A stretch of DNA of 64,000 nucleotides, from contig NIVC01000731.1 in assembly GCA_002269645.1 (NCBI GenBank), forward strand, positions 186,001 to 250,000, given 5' to 3'. The notes below the pieces were generated by a model, which saw only the letters and a list, made by a program, of their open reading frames with translations, did no database searches and was not told where the DNA came from. Source of the DNA: Macrostomum lignano (Eukaryota). Both the position numbers and the translations under genes were made by a program. Positions 13,454 to 25,864 of this stretch are shown piece after piece; within the stretch, counting starts at the first letter, position 1, and each line of letters opens with the position of its first letter.

Positions 13454-13932
13454 ATCGGGGGGCTGAAGGGTGAAGCATCGCAGACCAGAGCCTGAAGGCC
13501 AAGTCTGTCTCGTAATTCTCAAGCAAGCTGCCGCATCAACGCGAGCGTGCACAATGCGCTCTCTTCTGGCTGTTGCGAGGGCCAATCGCACAGCGAAACC
13601 CCATGACCAGCGGTCAGGCCAAAACGCGACAGATTCCGAAAGACACGCAACAGAACCGGGGTTCCATAAGTTTGCATTAAGGTCGCCTACCTGAAGCAAA
13701 CCAACTGCAGAGCTTGTTAAATGTGCTGACCTTTGCGAATATAAAATTGCATTGTCCCAGCCAAAGCAGGCGTGACCTAAAATTAGACTCAGAAGCTGCT
13801 CATTCGTAAATAAAAACTCTATGGTAAAAAGTTACTCAAAACAAAGAATAGTTAAACAGAGGTTCTGCTCGATGAAGCTTTATTATTATTTTTTTTCACT
13901 GCGAAGTCTCCTCGCGGACGCGACCGACCAGG

Positions 13933-16060
13933 ATGCCCCGCCAGCCGCAGCCACCCAGTAGCCGGATGGACATCCGCTTCTTCACCGGCCGATCGGACTC
14001 TGTCGACGCGCAGTCGCCAAAGAATTTCTCTTCCTCAAGCGTCGTCATTCCGTGCAGCGAAGAGGCTCCGGAATCGACGCCAAGGCGGAGCGCCTCGCCG
14101 CCGGAGCGGCAGCCGCAGCCATCGCTGACGCAGTCGCAGTCGCAGCCGCCCCCGCTCTTTTTCCAGAGCCACCGAGAGCGAGCGACGCTGGCGACGCTGA
14201 GCCCCCGGCGACAGCGCCGGCAGCTCCGTCGGGAGCGCCGCTGGGAGCAGCGAATCCAGATGCCGGACCCGGCGCCGCATCGGAGTGCGCAACCGGCGCC
14301 GAACCTGCTGCCTGCGGAGCGGCGTTGGAGCGCCTTCGATGCCGACGGCTCGGCCACTGACCGGCGGAGAAAGCGTTCGAAGCAGCGGAAAGAGAAGCCG
14401 TCTGTGTCCAAGACGATTTCGAACGAGCCGCAGGAGGCCCACCAGCCGGTTAAGAAGTCAAAGAAGCCAAAAGCGAACTCACCACCGCCCAGGCAGTTGA
14501 CTGAGCCAGCTGACGGACTTCAGAAGCAGACGGATTCGACAGGCGATCAGCTCTCAACCTCGGAGAACCGGCCGGACAGACGGCAGAAGTGCCGCAGCGG
14601 TGGCGGCAGGCAGAGCGGCTGCTTGCAGCAGCGGCACAGGAAAGACTCGTCGACTGAGCAGCCCACAGACGATGAGGCGACTCGTCCTGCAATGGAAAAC
14701 CAGCAGACAGGGCAGCGGCCAGTGCAGCAGCGACCAAAGAAAGTTTGGCGGCTTCCTCGGTTTCCTGAGGACGTAGTGCACCCGCAGCTGCAGGCGCAGG
14801 ATGAGGACCAAATGCTGTTCCAACAGTTGAGCAGTGTGCTACATCATCAGAGGGACCAGCTGATTAGCACACTTCCTGCTCCGACTGAGGATCGACAGGA
14901 AAAAATTGCGCGACATCATAAAAAGACGGCCGCTAAACTTCAGCAAGAGGATTCGCTGGATCGCGCGCTGCATCACAAGGAGAAATCTGTAGTGCCTCGT
15001 ATTGGCCGTTCCAATGCATCAGAGCAAAGTCGTGTCATCCGCCCACGCGATCAAGTCCACTCTGTGCAAGATGAAGGCATTGTGGTGCGACCACGGGATC
15101 ATGTCCACTCTGGCAATGTGGTGCGGTCACGGGATCATGTCCACTCTGTGCAAGATGAAGGGATTGTGGTGCGGTCACGGGATCATGTCCACTCTCTGCA
15201 AGATAAAGGTATTGTGGTGCGGCCCAGACAGCACGGACCGTCAGAGCTGCAGCCAAGAGATCTCCCCGTCTTCTTCCTACCAGAGCAAAGTTCGCTTGAA
15301 GCAAATTCAATAAGGCGCTCGAATCGCACTGTGGACCATCAGCGCCATGCTCAGCTGGAACCGTGGCGCGTCAATCATCAGAACAATCGGTTGAAACGCG
15401 AGCAGCTGAGTCCGAGTCACCGACGGCATCGGAACTCCGCCACTCAGTTGGACCATCGAGAGCAGCCAGTTAACATGGGCAGTGGCGAACAGGAGCAGGC
15501 ATTGCATCAGCCGCCAGATGATTCGTGGCCTGACAAAGATCTGAATCAGGATAAATGTCAACCAGATAATGTGCATCGTCAGTTAGATCATGTAATATAT
15601 TCCCAACATCGTGTGCAGCGTCAACATGACCATCAAGACGACGCGCAACATTACCAAAATCGTACACAGCGCCCACAAGATCACGTAGGTTGCCAACAAG
15701 ATCATGTCCAGCGCCACGATGGTCATGTGCAGCATCAGCTAAACTATGTGCAAGGTCAGCCAAATCATGTGCTGCAGGAATTGCGACGTGACGGAAATCC
15801 TTCACAGAAGCGCCGGGAACAGTTCTCATACCACCGAGATCTTCTGGTCCACTGCGCAAGCCACGAGACAGTTCAAGAAGTTCAAGAACACAGTGAAATG
15901 CACCAGTGGAAAGATTCAAAGGACGAAGCCGCTTACAGTGGGGCCCCAGATCAAGAGGCAATTGTCGGGAATGGTGTGGACTGCACGCCTCGACAGCCAG
16001 TTCCGCTCGCTCGTCAAAGGAACCAGCGGCAACCATGCTTGCACCTTCATGCTCAGCAGG

Positions 16061-16100
<40 letters not shown>

Positions 16101-16761
16101 GCAGCATCAGCAGCGTTTATTGGACCACAAACAACAACAACAACCACAACAGCAACAGCAGCATCAGCAGCGTCTATTGGACCACAAACAACAACAACAA
16201 CAACCACAACAGCAACAGCAGCATCAGCAGCGTCTATTGGACCACAAACAACAACAACAACAACCACAACAGCAACAGCAGCATCAGCAGCGTCTATTGG
16301 ACCACAAACAACAACAACAACAACCACAACAGCAACAGCAGCATCAGCAGCGTTTATTGGACCACAAACAACAACAACCACAACAGCAACAGCAGCGGGT
16401 ATGGCAGCACGGAGACAGCGAGCCAGGGAATTTACCGGCTGATAATCATGGAAAATCCCAGATCGAGGATGCTGGCGAGACTTTGTCCGGCTCAGAGATG
16501 CCCAGCGTCACCGACAGCGAGCAGAAGTCTTCCAGCACGCAGCAGCAGCTGCAGCAGCTGCGAAGACTTCAAGCGCACCGTCTGAGGCGCGCCTCCAGCA
16601 GCAGCAAAACTCAAATCGGTCAATCGGGCGTCAAGGATGTCCTGGTGGCAAGCAGTCAGCCGGACAACGCGGATGGTCGGGAGCTGCCAGTCCTGCGGGT
16701 TGTTGTGGCCGATAGTCAGGAGTTCTCGGAGCCGATCGTGGCGCGCCTCCTGTTCGACTAG
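13933..16761 (+). CDS. Q/R/H-rich, probably disordered 942-aa protein (single ORF or one large exon)
   Basis: 2.8 kb open frame in mostly non-repetitive DNA. The internal Q-rich repeat units (57/60 bp) preserve frame. No domain recognised. Confidence 0.6.
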
Positions 16762-17808
16762 GGCTGCGGCGCCGCCTTGACAACGGCGCAATGCGAACTT
16801 CTGTCCTGTCAGCGTTTTCCAGAACATTTTTTATCACAAAGCAACTTGTACTTTGCAACTGTATCCAAGTTTTTTGCTTTCTTCGACAGCGAAGTTTTTT
16901 ATATTACGGTTTCTTGGAATAAGAAAGTAACTGAACCAAGCGCTTGGCTCTTTTTTACTAAGAAAAGCTTCAACTTCCAGAACTTCAGCTAAAATTCAGT
17001 ACAGAATATGTACGTATTACACTACTATCAGTAGCTTACATTAGTAGACAGAGGGAATTAATTACAATATGTAAGTAACTGGCACCCTAACGAGCCCTCA
17101 GTTCCTTCGAAACTGGAACAGTCATCGTGAAAGCGTCCAGCGCTCCCGTGGGACGTGAGAATTCAATGAAGTCGATCGGCGCAATAAAAACCAACCGCAT
17201 GCGAAACAGCTACTTACAGTAGGAATCTAAGCAATCCAACCGCAGATCAATGTAAAACAGTGAAATGAAGAGCTTTGAAAAAAACATTTTAATCTAGGAA
17301 TTGCAAAGGACAACAGAATGTTTGTTTGGTTTTCTGAGAAAAAAGATTTGGTCATATTGCAAGCAGTTAGGCTAGATTAGCAATCCAATCGAATGATCGG
17401 TATGCACTGAGTTTGCAGCCAGACTAGAAGCATCGAGCCGCAAGTCTCAAACATCGGCGGCATCAGCAAAATTTCTAAGGCCATCCGACTTGATTGGAAT
17501 TTGCGTCAAAGAGCTGGAAGGTCGCAGGTTCGATCTCGAGTGGCGTCGGCTTCTGCAAGAATGGGTTGAAGATTGAGAGGGTTTTATATTGATAAAATTC
17601 TGTTAGCAGACTATTTTCATGCTGCAAATTATGGTTTGAATGATTGGTAGACTTTGTTACTGCGTGCTGAGGTGAAAAAAGGAAAACTGCACTTAATGAC
17701 CTCAGCCAGTCTTCAAATTTTTTAATTTATGAATGCAAAAGTGACTCGTGAGCTGGGAAATTTGCCCATTCAGTGCAAAACGGCTAAAAAGGGCACCCGA
17801 TGAAGAAC

Positions 17809-20800
17809 TCAGTTCGGGCGGCGATGCAGCGCGCAGCTTCCGTGCAGCAGGCAGGAGCTGCTGAACTGCCGGAGTCTCCGCTGCTGCCGCTGCTGCGGCT
17901 CATCGGTTGAATTCAGCAGAATCTGCGCTGCATCAGGGCTTCGTGAGACTGACTGAGCTCCGACTGTGGCCGATGCGTCACTTTCGGCTGCGAGTCTGAG
18001 GTGGGGAGAACTCCTGGTCCTGAGTCTTTTTTGAGTCACTTATTGCTTGAGAAACTTCCATTCATCTTGGCACGGTTTTGATTATGAGCACACTGCTTTT
18101 GGAGTAGCACTTTCTAAGGTTAGCATCAAGCAGTCTTTACCCTCCGTATCAGTCTTTACCCTCCGTATCAGTCTTTACCCTCCGTATCAGTCTTTACCCT
18201 CCGTATCAGTCTTTACCCTCCGTATCAGTCTTTACCGTCCGTATCAGTCTTTACCCTCCGTATCAGTCTTTACCCTCCGTATCAGTCTTTACCCTCCGTA
18301 TCAGACAGTCTTTACCCTCCGTATCAGACAGTCTTTATCCTCCGTATCAGACAGTCTTTACCCTCCGTATCAGACAGTCTTTACCCTCCATATCAGACAG
18401 TCTTTACCCTCCATATCAGACAGTCTTTACCCTCCATATCAGACAGTCTTTACCCTCCGCATCAGACAGTTTTTACCCTCCGTATCAGACAGCCTTTACC
18501 CTCCGTATCAATCTTTACCCTCCGGATCAGTTTTTACCCTCCACATCAAGCAGTCTTTACCCTCCACATCAAGCAGCCTTCATCCTCCGCATCAAGCCTT
18601 CAAACCACGGAGGTCTTTACACTTCACGACAAGGCATTTATCCTTAACGTAAAAAAATCTCATAAGTCCTCAGCCTCATTTAAAACTTCATCATTTCCCC
18701 CCCAAAGTTTCATCCCAATGAGTACCTCGAGCTGCCCCAGGCGGCAGCTGTGGCGGCCGCTCCGCTGAGCCTCTCGGCCCCCAGGGCCCTCGCCAGCCTC
18801 TCCGCCTCGGCCTCCAGCTCGCTGCAGCGCTGCCTCTGCCTCGCCAGCTCCCGGCCACGGAGGTCAGCCTCCGTCTGAGCAGCGTCCAGCCTCTCCTGCA
18901 TCAGCTGCAGCTCAGTGCGAGCCTCGTGAGCTTCGAGTCGGCTTCGCTGCTCCCTGTCCTGACAGGCGCTCAGCTCTGCTTGCTCCGCCTCCAGCTCCGC
19001 CTCCAGCCGCTCCGCCGCCTCCTGCGACTCCCGCAGCTCCGCCTCCAGCCGGCGCAGCCGCTCCGCCGCCTCAGCCTCGAGCTGGCGGCTCCGCCGCTCA
19101 CCGTCTTCCGTGTCTTCTGCCTGCCGGCCGAGGCGTCGCTCCAGCAGCTGCAGCCGCTCGCCGACCTCCGCGCAGTGCAGCCGCTGCGCCGCCTCCCGGC
19201 TGGCCAGCTCGGCCCGCTCGGCCGCCATCTGGCGAGGGAGTGGCGAGTGCGACTGAGTGAGCGAATGCGGGTGCAACCGAGGCCCGCGGAGCCTCTCTGT
19301 CCGGCCCTTGGGTCCCTTGAAACTTCACAATAGCATCTCTCCTCTCATCCCATCTCTTCTTTCATCCTATCTCTCCTCTCATCCTATCTCTCCTCCAATC
19401 TCTTCTCTCCTCCAATCTCTCGTCTCCTCTCCTCCCATCTCTCCTCTCCTCTTATCCCATCTCTCCTCTCCTCCCATCTCTCCTCTCATCCCATCTCTCC
19501 TCTCATCCCATCTCTCCTCTCATCCAATCTTTCCTCTCCTCCCATCTCTCCTCTCCTCTTTCCTCTTCTCTATTCCTTCTCCTTTCCTTTCTCAGCTTCA
19601 AGTGTTTTTTGAGTTCCTTTTAGAAAATTGTAGTTTCGAGAAAGATTAGGGACCAAGAAACTTGACAGGTCCCCAAAAAAGGTGCTGCATCTGCTCCCAC
19701 TGACTCACTGCTCTGAGGGCCGCTTCAAGCTCAGTTGAGCGCAGCTCCAGCCGCGACCTTTCAGCCTCCGCAGCCTCCGCCGTTGCTCTCAGCCTCTCGC
19801 GCTCCGCGGCCGCCCGCCTCAGCTCCGTTACTGTCTCGTCCCGCTCAGCCTCCAGCCGCTTCATCATCGTCTGAGCCGACGTGGCGCCGGCCGCTGACTG
19901 ACGCCGAAGTCGCTGCTGCTCGGCCTGCGCCTCCGCCAGCGCCCGCGCCAGCTCGCCGCGCTCTCTGGCCAACGATCGGACCTCGGCTTGGATGTCGCTC
20001 AGGTGGCGCTCGAACTTGTCCAGCACCTGGCGGAGCTCGTCCCGCTCTCGGCGAACTCTGGACAGCTCGGCTGCCGCAGTCAGCTGCGACCGGCCCGGTG
20101 AGGGCGACCTGCGGCGCTGTGGGAGAGCGTTTGACCAACACTGCTCAGATCTGACCAACTCTGCTCAGATCTGACCAACTCTGCTCAGATCTGACAACTC
20201 TGCTCGGATCTGACCAACTCTGCTCAGATCTGACCAACTCTGCTCGGATCTGACCAACTCTGCTCGGATCTGACCAACTCTGCTCAGGTTTGATAAACTC
20301 TGCTCAGATCTGACCAACTCTGCTCAGATCTGACCAACTCTGCTCAGATCTGACCAATTCTGCTCAGGTTTGATAAACTCTGCTCAGATCTGACCAACTC
20401 TGCTCGGATCTGACCAACTCTGCTCAGATCTGACCAACTCTGCTCGGATCTGACCAACTCTGCTCGGATCTGACCAACTCTGCTCGGATCTGACCAACTC
20501 TGCTCGGATCTGACCAACTCTGACAGTTCCCAACAACCCCAGCTTCGCCCACCTGTCCGTCTCGCAGTCTCTCCTGGCTGTCAGCCCGGCCGCCGCTCAG
20601 AGCCGGCATCCGCATCATCCGCGACAGCCGGTCGGCCTCCGCCTTCCAGAACTCGCGGTCTTCCTCAACTCCGCGCAGGTACCGCTCCAGCTGCGCCGCC
20701 GAGGCCGAGTCCCCAGCGACACCGCCGCCGCCTCCAGTCCCGATTTTCCTCCGAAGCCGCTCCAGCTCCAACACCAACTCGCGCTCTGATTGTGGAGCGG

Positions 20801-22145
20801 AGAACTTCTATCATCGTTTGTCATAGAATTTAGACATATGGCCCCAAAACTGAATGTTAATCTTCTTTGAAGGTTGTTTGAAGTTGTTTTTGAGTCACTT
20901 TGAAAATGGAAAATGAAAGCCGCCGAAACTTACCGCAGGCGGTCAGGCGCAGAATTCGCTGGGCGAGCCGCTGCTTGTCTTCCTGCTGCTGGGCCACAAT
21001 GCTGCGCAGCTCCTCCAGGTCCAGCATCGAGCAGCTGACGGCTCCATCGCGGCCGCCGTTTCCGCTGGATGGTCGCCGCTGACGCGAATTTCCAGAACAG
21101 TCCTGCAGCCGCTGACGGTCCTGCAGCGGGTGGTTGGAAAATGCAGAGACTGTCCGGTTCTCTGAGCTCAACTAGAAGGATTTCTGGCAGGTAACAACGT
21201 TTCAAATTTGGGCAGTCAAGACGACTTCACTGACAGCATGACAGCAGCTTACTGTAGTCATCACTGACAACATGACAGCAGCTTACTGTAGGCATCACTG
21301 ACATGACAGCAGCTTACTGTAGTTATCACTGACAACATGACAGCAGCTTACTGTAGTCATCACTGACATGACAGCAGCTTACTGTAGGCATCACTGACAA
21401 CATGACAGCAGCTTACTGTAGTTATCACTGACAACATGACAGCAGCTTACTGTAGTCATCAATGACAACATGACAGCAGCTTACTGTAGTCATCACTGAC
21501 ATGACAGCAGCTTACTGTAGGCATCACTGACAACATGACAGCAGCTTACTGTAGTTATCACTGACAACATGACAGCAGCTTACTGTAGTTATCACTGACA
21601 ACATGACAGCAGCTTACTGTAGTCATCACTGACATGACAGCAGCTTACTGTAGTTATCACTGACAACATGACAGCAGCTTACTGTAGTCATCACTGACAT
21701 GACAGCAGCTTACTGTAGTTATCACTGACAACATGACAGCAGCTTACTGTAGTCATCACTGACATGACAGCAGCTTACTGTAGTCATCACTGACATGACA
21801 GCAGCTTACTGTAGTCATCACTGACATGACAGCAGCTTACTGTAGGCATCACTGACAACATGACAGCAGCTTACTGTAGTCATCACTGACAACATGACAG
21901 CAGCTTACTGTAGGCATCACTGACAGCATGACAGCAGCTTACTGTAAGCGATACATTGAGGTTTTCAGATCAAGGATATCATCCTCAGAAGAGATTGATG
22001 TATCAGCTAAAAGTGAGATTATAAAATTTTGTTATTCTGACTACTAAGAGGCTTTCAATGGGATAAAATCCCAATATCGCTGGGGAGGCCTCTGGATGGA
22101 ACTCACGCTGGCCCTGGCGGATGCGGATCTCTTCAGCGCTGGCAT
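17809..22145 (-). CDS. CEP135/TSGA10-like coiled-coil protein, shortened (about 518 aa)
   Basis: Phase-consistent GT-AG exons: 22145-22107 (tentative ATG exon), 21120-20934, 20785-20553, 20116-19709, 19228-18726, 17995-17809. LEELRSIVAQQQEDKQRLAQRILRLTACERELVLELERLRR, QLERYLRGVEEDREFWKAEADRL and ERDELRQVLDKFERHLSDIQAEVRSLARER align by eye with recalled human CEP135 (LETVVHQLEQEKQRLSKK..TERQLTLEVERMR; RLDTFLKGIEEERDYYKKELERL; ERDELQRMLERFEKHMEDIQSNVKLLTAERD). Confidence 0.82.
18128..18600. repeat. 19/23 bp minisatellite (tcagtctttaccctccgta), intronic
   Basis: Direct reading. Confidence 0.95.
19335..19590. repeat. Pyrimidine-rich low-complexity repeat (catctctcctctc), intronic
   Basis: Direct reading. 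Confidence 0.85.
20140..20522. repeat. 20 bp minisatellite (tgctcagatctgaccaactc), intronic
   Basis: About 19 copies filling intron 20117-20552. Confidence 0.96.
21228..21947. repeat. 31/34 bp minisatellite (catcactgac[aac]atgacagcagcttactgtagt)
   Basis: About 22 copies in two length classes; no unique spacers. Confidence 0.96.
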
Positions 22146-24369
22146 GGCTCTCTCGATCCCGTGTTGCTGGGCCGGTGGCTTTAGCGCTCGGAATGCGGAG
22201 CTGCAGTCACCTGAAAACAGTTGCCCTCTGAGTGCTTTGCATATAGGGAAGGGCGACTCTCTGACTCACCGCCTCCCCTTCCGCCGTTTGAGTACAGTCT
22301 TGAGCTGCTGTACTGAGCTGCAAATACAATCGGCTGAGGCGTGCAGGTGCATGGGTACTCAGCTGTGCATCCTTTCTGTGCAGTTCCTGCGCAGTCTGCG
22401 TCCCACCACCCCCCCCCCCCGCATTCTTCTGGTCTGTTTGGGAAGCGACGAGAGGCAGGCCTGGGTCTCTTTGGTGAGCAACTCTTTCCCCCAAGCTTAT
22501 TACTTCAAGAATAGCCTTCAGGAGCTGCTCATTGGCTAAGCGCGTCTCTCTTTCATTCCCTGGACAGACAGGCTCAAATAGCCGGACTCATCATCTCGGC
22601 AAGGAGGAGGGCTAGGAACGTCTTTCAACTGTTCCATTATTTAGATTTCTGATTTCAAATGCGTTCTTTATGTTGTACAGTGGATTACGTCGGCTGTCTT
22701 TTGTAATTAGCGTTTGATGGATACAGGACGTTTGAAAAGAACTGGAGGAGACACTCGATGAAGGCGCTATTTTGCAACAATCCAACTTTATCAGTTTACC
22801 AGTCAGACTTGATCAGTTTGGAGGCAGTGGCGCACTGGCTCAAGAGCAGCTGTGCAAGTAGACACAAGCGCTCTGACTGGTATATGCGAAACTTGTCCCT
22901 CTACTTGAGAAATTTTACAGCTATGCTTGTAAATAAGCTGGTACTCGTACTTCTGCACCAGGGTATACCTTAGGAGCCTGGTGGGAATTTAAATGTAAAT
23001 GAACTTCCCTACGCTCGAAACGTTGAAAACAAACTTTATACATTTATAAGTTAGGCCTTCGAATCCTTTCTACAACCTCGATTCCAATCGCAGGGGCATC
23101 GCAGGGGGCATCGCCATGGATTTTATGGTGGGGGGACAAAGCCAAGAATTCTACATGTACATGTACGACTAAATACATACATGTACATTATTTTCAGAAT
23201 CGGTATTGTCAGCGCTCTTTTTGGCGCCGCAGACACTCATTTAGAGCCGCAGACACTCATTTTAGCGCCGCAGGCACTCACTTTAGCTCCACTGGCACTA
23301 AAAGAAGAAGAATAATAATAATAATCATAGGGACATTAATAACGCTAATAATAATCCCAAATCCAAAAATCCCTAATAAGAAGTCCCAAACAGGGGTATG
23401 CGAATAATTAGGTACTTAAAGGAGAATTTCGCCTTGGCGCAAAAGAATCAACAGTATAAAAAGTTTTTCAAAAAATCGTTAGTCTTTAAGGTATAAATAA
23501 AAGCTTGCGGCTTCAAAAATGAAGGGAACATTCTATAAAATTTGTGAAAAAAGGAGCTACTAAGGCTCCTATTACAATTCACCAAAGACAGCTAGCATGC
23601 ACACACATGCACGCGTAGCTCCGAATTAGTTTCTGAAAATTCTTTGATCAAGGGGTCCTGCGTAGGCATTGGTGCCGCCGCAGGTGGCAGTGCAGGAGGG
23701 GTGGTGGCTGGGGCGCCGACCTCGCATTCTTCGATGTGCTGCTTAACTTTGAAAATGTGGAAAGATTTTTTGCAGTGACGCATATGCAGTTTAACAAATG
23801 CACTTACACAATAAGCTAATAATCTACTGCGATTTCGAAATATACATCAAAATTTTACATTTTTAACATAAGTCTTTATAATACTTGATATAAAAATCTG
23901 TGATAATTCATTAGGTTTTGTTCTAAGAATAGATCAACGTGAGAGCGGCAAACCCCTAATCCAGCTGACAGCAGCCTGTTTCTCTTCTATTGGTCAGCTA
24001 GCAACTGAGTGTACGCGAAGATCTAGAATAGAAAAACTGGTTTTCTTGCTGTTAATCCAGTTCGTTTGCCGGCCAGCAGTTCATAAAAGATATTAAAGCA
24101 AGCAAGCGTAGGAGTTTCTAAAATGAGTGCAAGGCAGCAGGTCATCCCTAGTTTTTGATCTAAGAAACAGATTTATACATGCCCCTGTAACTTAAGTTTT
24201 AACTCTGTCCTGCGGCTCAGTCAGCGGCTGTCTTCTGCATTCTGAAGCTTAGTTTACTTAAGCTTATTCGACATTAGCAGGTATTTTAAAACCAATTTCA
24301 GCTCGACTATATCAATGTTTTGCGCAAGCTGAGGCCCATTCTATTCACTATTTGTTGGCAATTGCAAAT

Positions 24370-24835
24370 CAGTGTTGCCACCCCGGCGAATTTTAATCGC
24401 TGGGCGATTTTAAATAGCTGAGCGATTTTTTTGTCATATTCAGCAATTTTCAGCAATGTTTTATTCTTATGGGGTAGAATCCCCCCCCCAGAATTACCCC
24501 TGAATTACCCAGAATCATGAGATTCTAGGTGTAGGAATTGTGAGATTCTGTGGGTAAGAATCGTGAGATTCTGGGGGTAAGAATCGTGAGATTCTGGGGG
24601 TAAGAATCGTGAGATTCTGGGGGTAAGAATCGTGAGATTCTGGGGGTAAGAATCGTGAGATTCTGGGGGTAAGAATCGTGAGATTCTGGGGGTAAGAATC
24701 GTGAGATTCTGGGGGTAAGAATCGTGAGTTTCTAGGATAAGAATCATGCTCAAAACAATGCCTTTTATGTCAAAGTTGCAGCAATTTTTTATTACATATG
24801 CGATTTTTGCAAGCCAAGAGTTGGTGGCAACACTG
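24370..24835. mobile_element. Non-autonomous TIR element (MITE; hAT/P-like from the probable 8 bp TSD), 466 bp
   Basis: Perfect 13 bp TIRs: CAGTGTTGCCACC (24370) and GGTGGCAACACTG (ends 24835). Flanks attgcaaat / attgcaat (probable 8 bp TSD with a 1-nt slip). No transposase. Carries an internal 23 bp tandem array. Confidence 0.72.
24520..24735. repeat. 23 bp minisatellite (gagattctgggggtaagaatcgt) inside the MITE
   Basis: About 9 copies. Confidence 0.95.
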
Positions 24836-25864
24836 ATTGCAATGTGCATTAGGCCGATTTTAACCTCTGACTTGCTTGGACTTAAAGGTTCTACTTTGCT
24901 GCTTCCAAATTTACTCTGCCAATTTATTTAACTCAATCACTGTAATCTAGAACTATATTTCTACTAGGCCTACATTATGTCTATATATATCTAATAGCAT
25001 ATTGTAGAAACTATAAAATCATAACTAGAATAACATTTTTAAGCATAGGCCCCTATAGTAACATAATATAGCTGTATATTATTTTTGTTTTATGGTTGCT
25101 TTAGACCTATTTAATAGGCATTTTCATTAAGCCTAAGAAGCTTATTTCATGATCATAAGATTTATAATTGATTCATTGGCTTCTTTGTTTAGGATTCTAT
25201 AGTCTAGATTATTAACCATAATAAGATAACCATTAATTTAGAGGTTAGATAAAATCAAGATTTTTAGAACAAGGTAGGATTAGGATTCTATTTTTGTTAG
25301 GATCCTTGGATTTTAGGATAAGTTATTTCTTATGATAGCTAGGCCTATTTATTTATCATAGATATAATTTTATAATAATGTCATTTTTGTCTATATAATC
25401 ATGTTTCATTGTTATCAAAAGATTAAAGTAATTAATTAATTAAAAAATTAAGTTAAAGGTTAATCATAAAACAAAGAAAATAATATTTTGCTCTTAGTTA
25501 GTATTAGAATTATCAACTATATTTTATTTACCAATATTAGATAATCTATTTTTTTAACATAATTTTAACTTATTTTAACTTTTATAAGGCCTAAATTATA
25601 CAAATTAATTTAGATTTTAGAGCAAGTTAAAAATCTATTTTTGCCTTGAAGGTTTTTGATAACCAACTATTTTGTATATGTTTTGTATATTGTGTTTTTA
25701 TTTCTTTTTTGTAGAGATTGGGGCAACTTGTGGAGGTTAGTGGCCACTTTTTATAGGCCTACTTTTTCACTAAAATGGTCCTATACCTTTATTAGTAGGA
25801 CCCCTAGTTACTTGTCATTTTTATTGCTTCATTTTAGAGAATTTAAATAACACTCATTTTATAG

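Noticed and set aside
13895-13915. cactgcgaagtctc, resembling my recollection of part of the Macrostomum spliced leader
   Set aside because: Short partial match to a sequence recalled from memory; no SL donor or Sm site follows
21228-21947. CRISPR-like appearance of 31-63 bp regularly spaced repeats (also 12201-12680, 37288-37545)
   Set aside because: Units are head-to-tail with no unique spacers; there are no cas genes and the context is eukaryotic
22780-22970. Minus-strand peptide QKYEYQLIYK resembling the Ty3/gypsy RNase H end
   Set aside because: The ADALSR motif and neighbouring RT or integrase motifs are absent
23091-24187. Possible TIR pair CAGGGGCAT...ATGCCCCTG, with a zinc-finger-like peptide (HCKKSF...HIEEC) inside
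   Set aside because: Only a 9 bp match, no TSD, and the peptide is too short and incomplete
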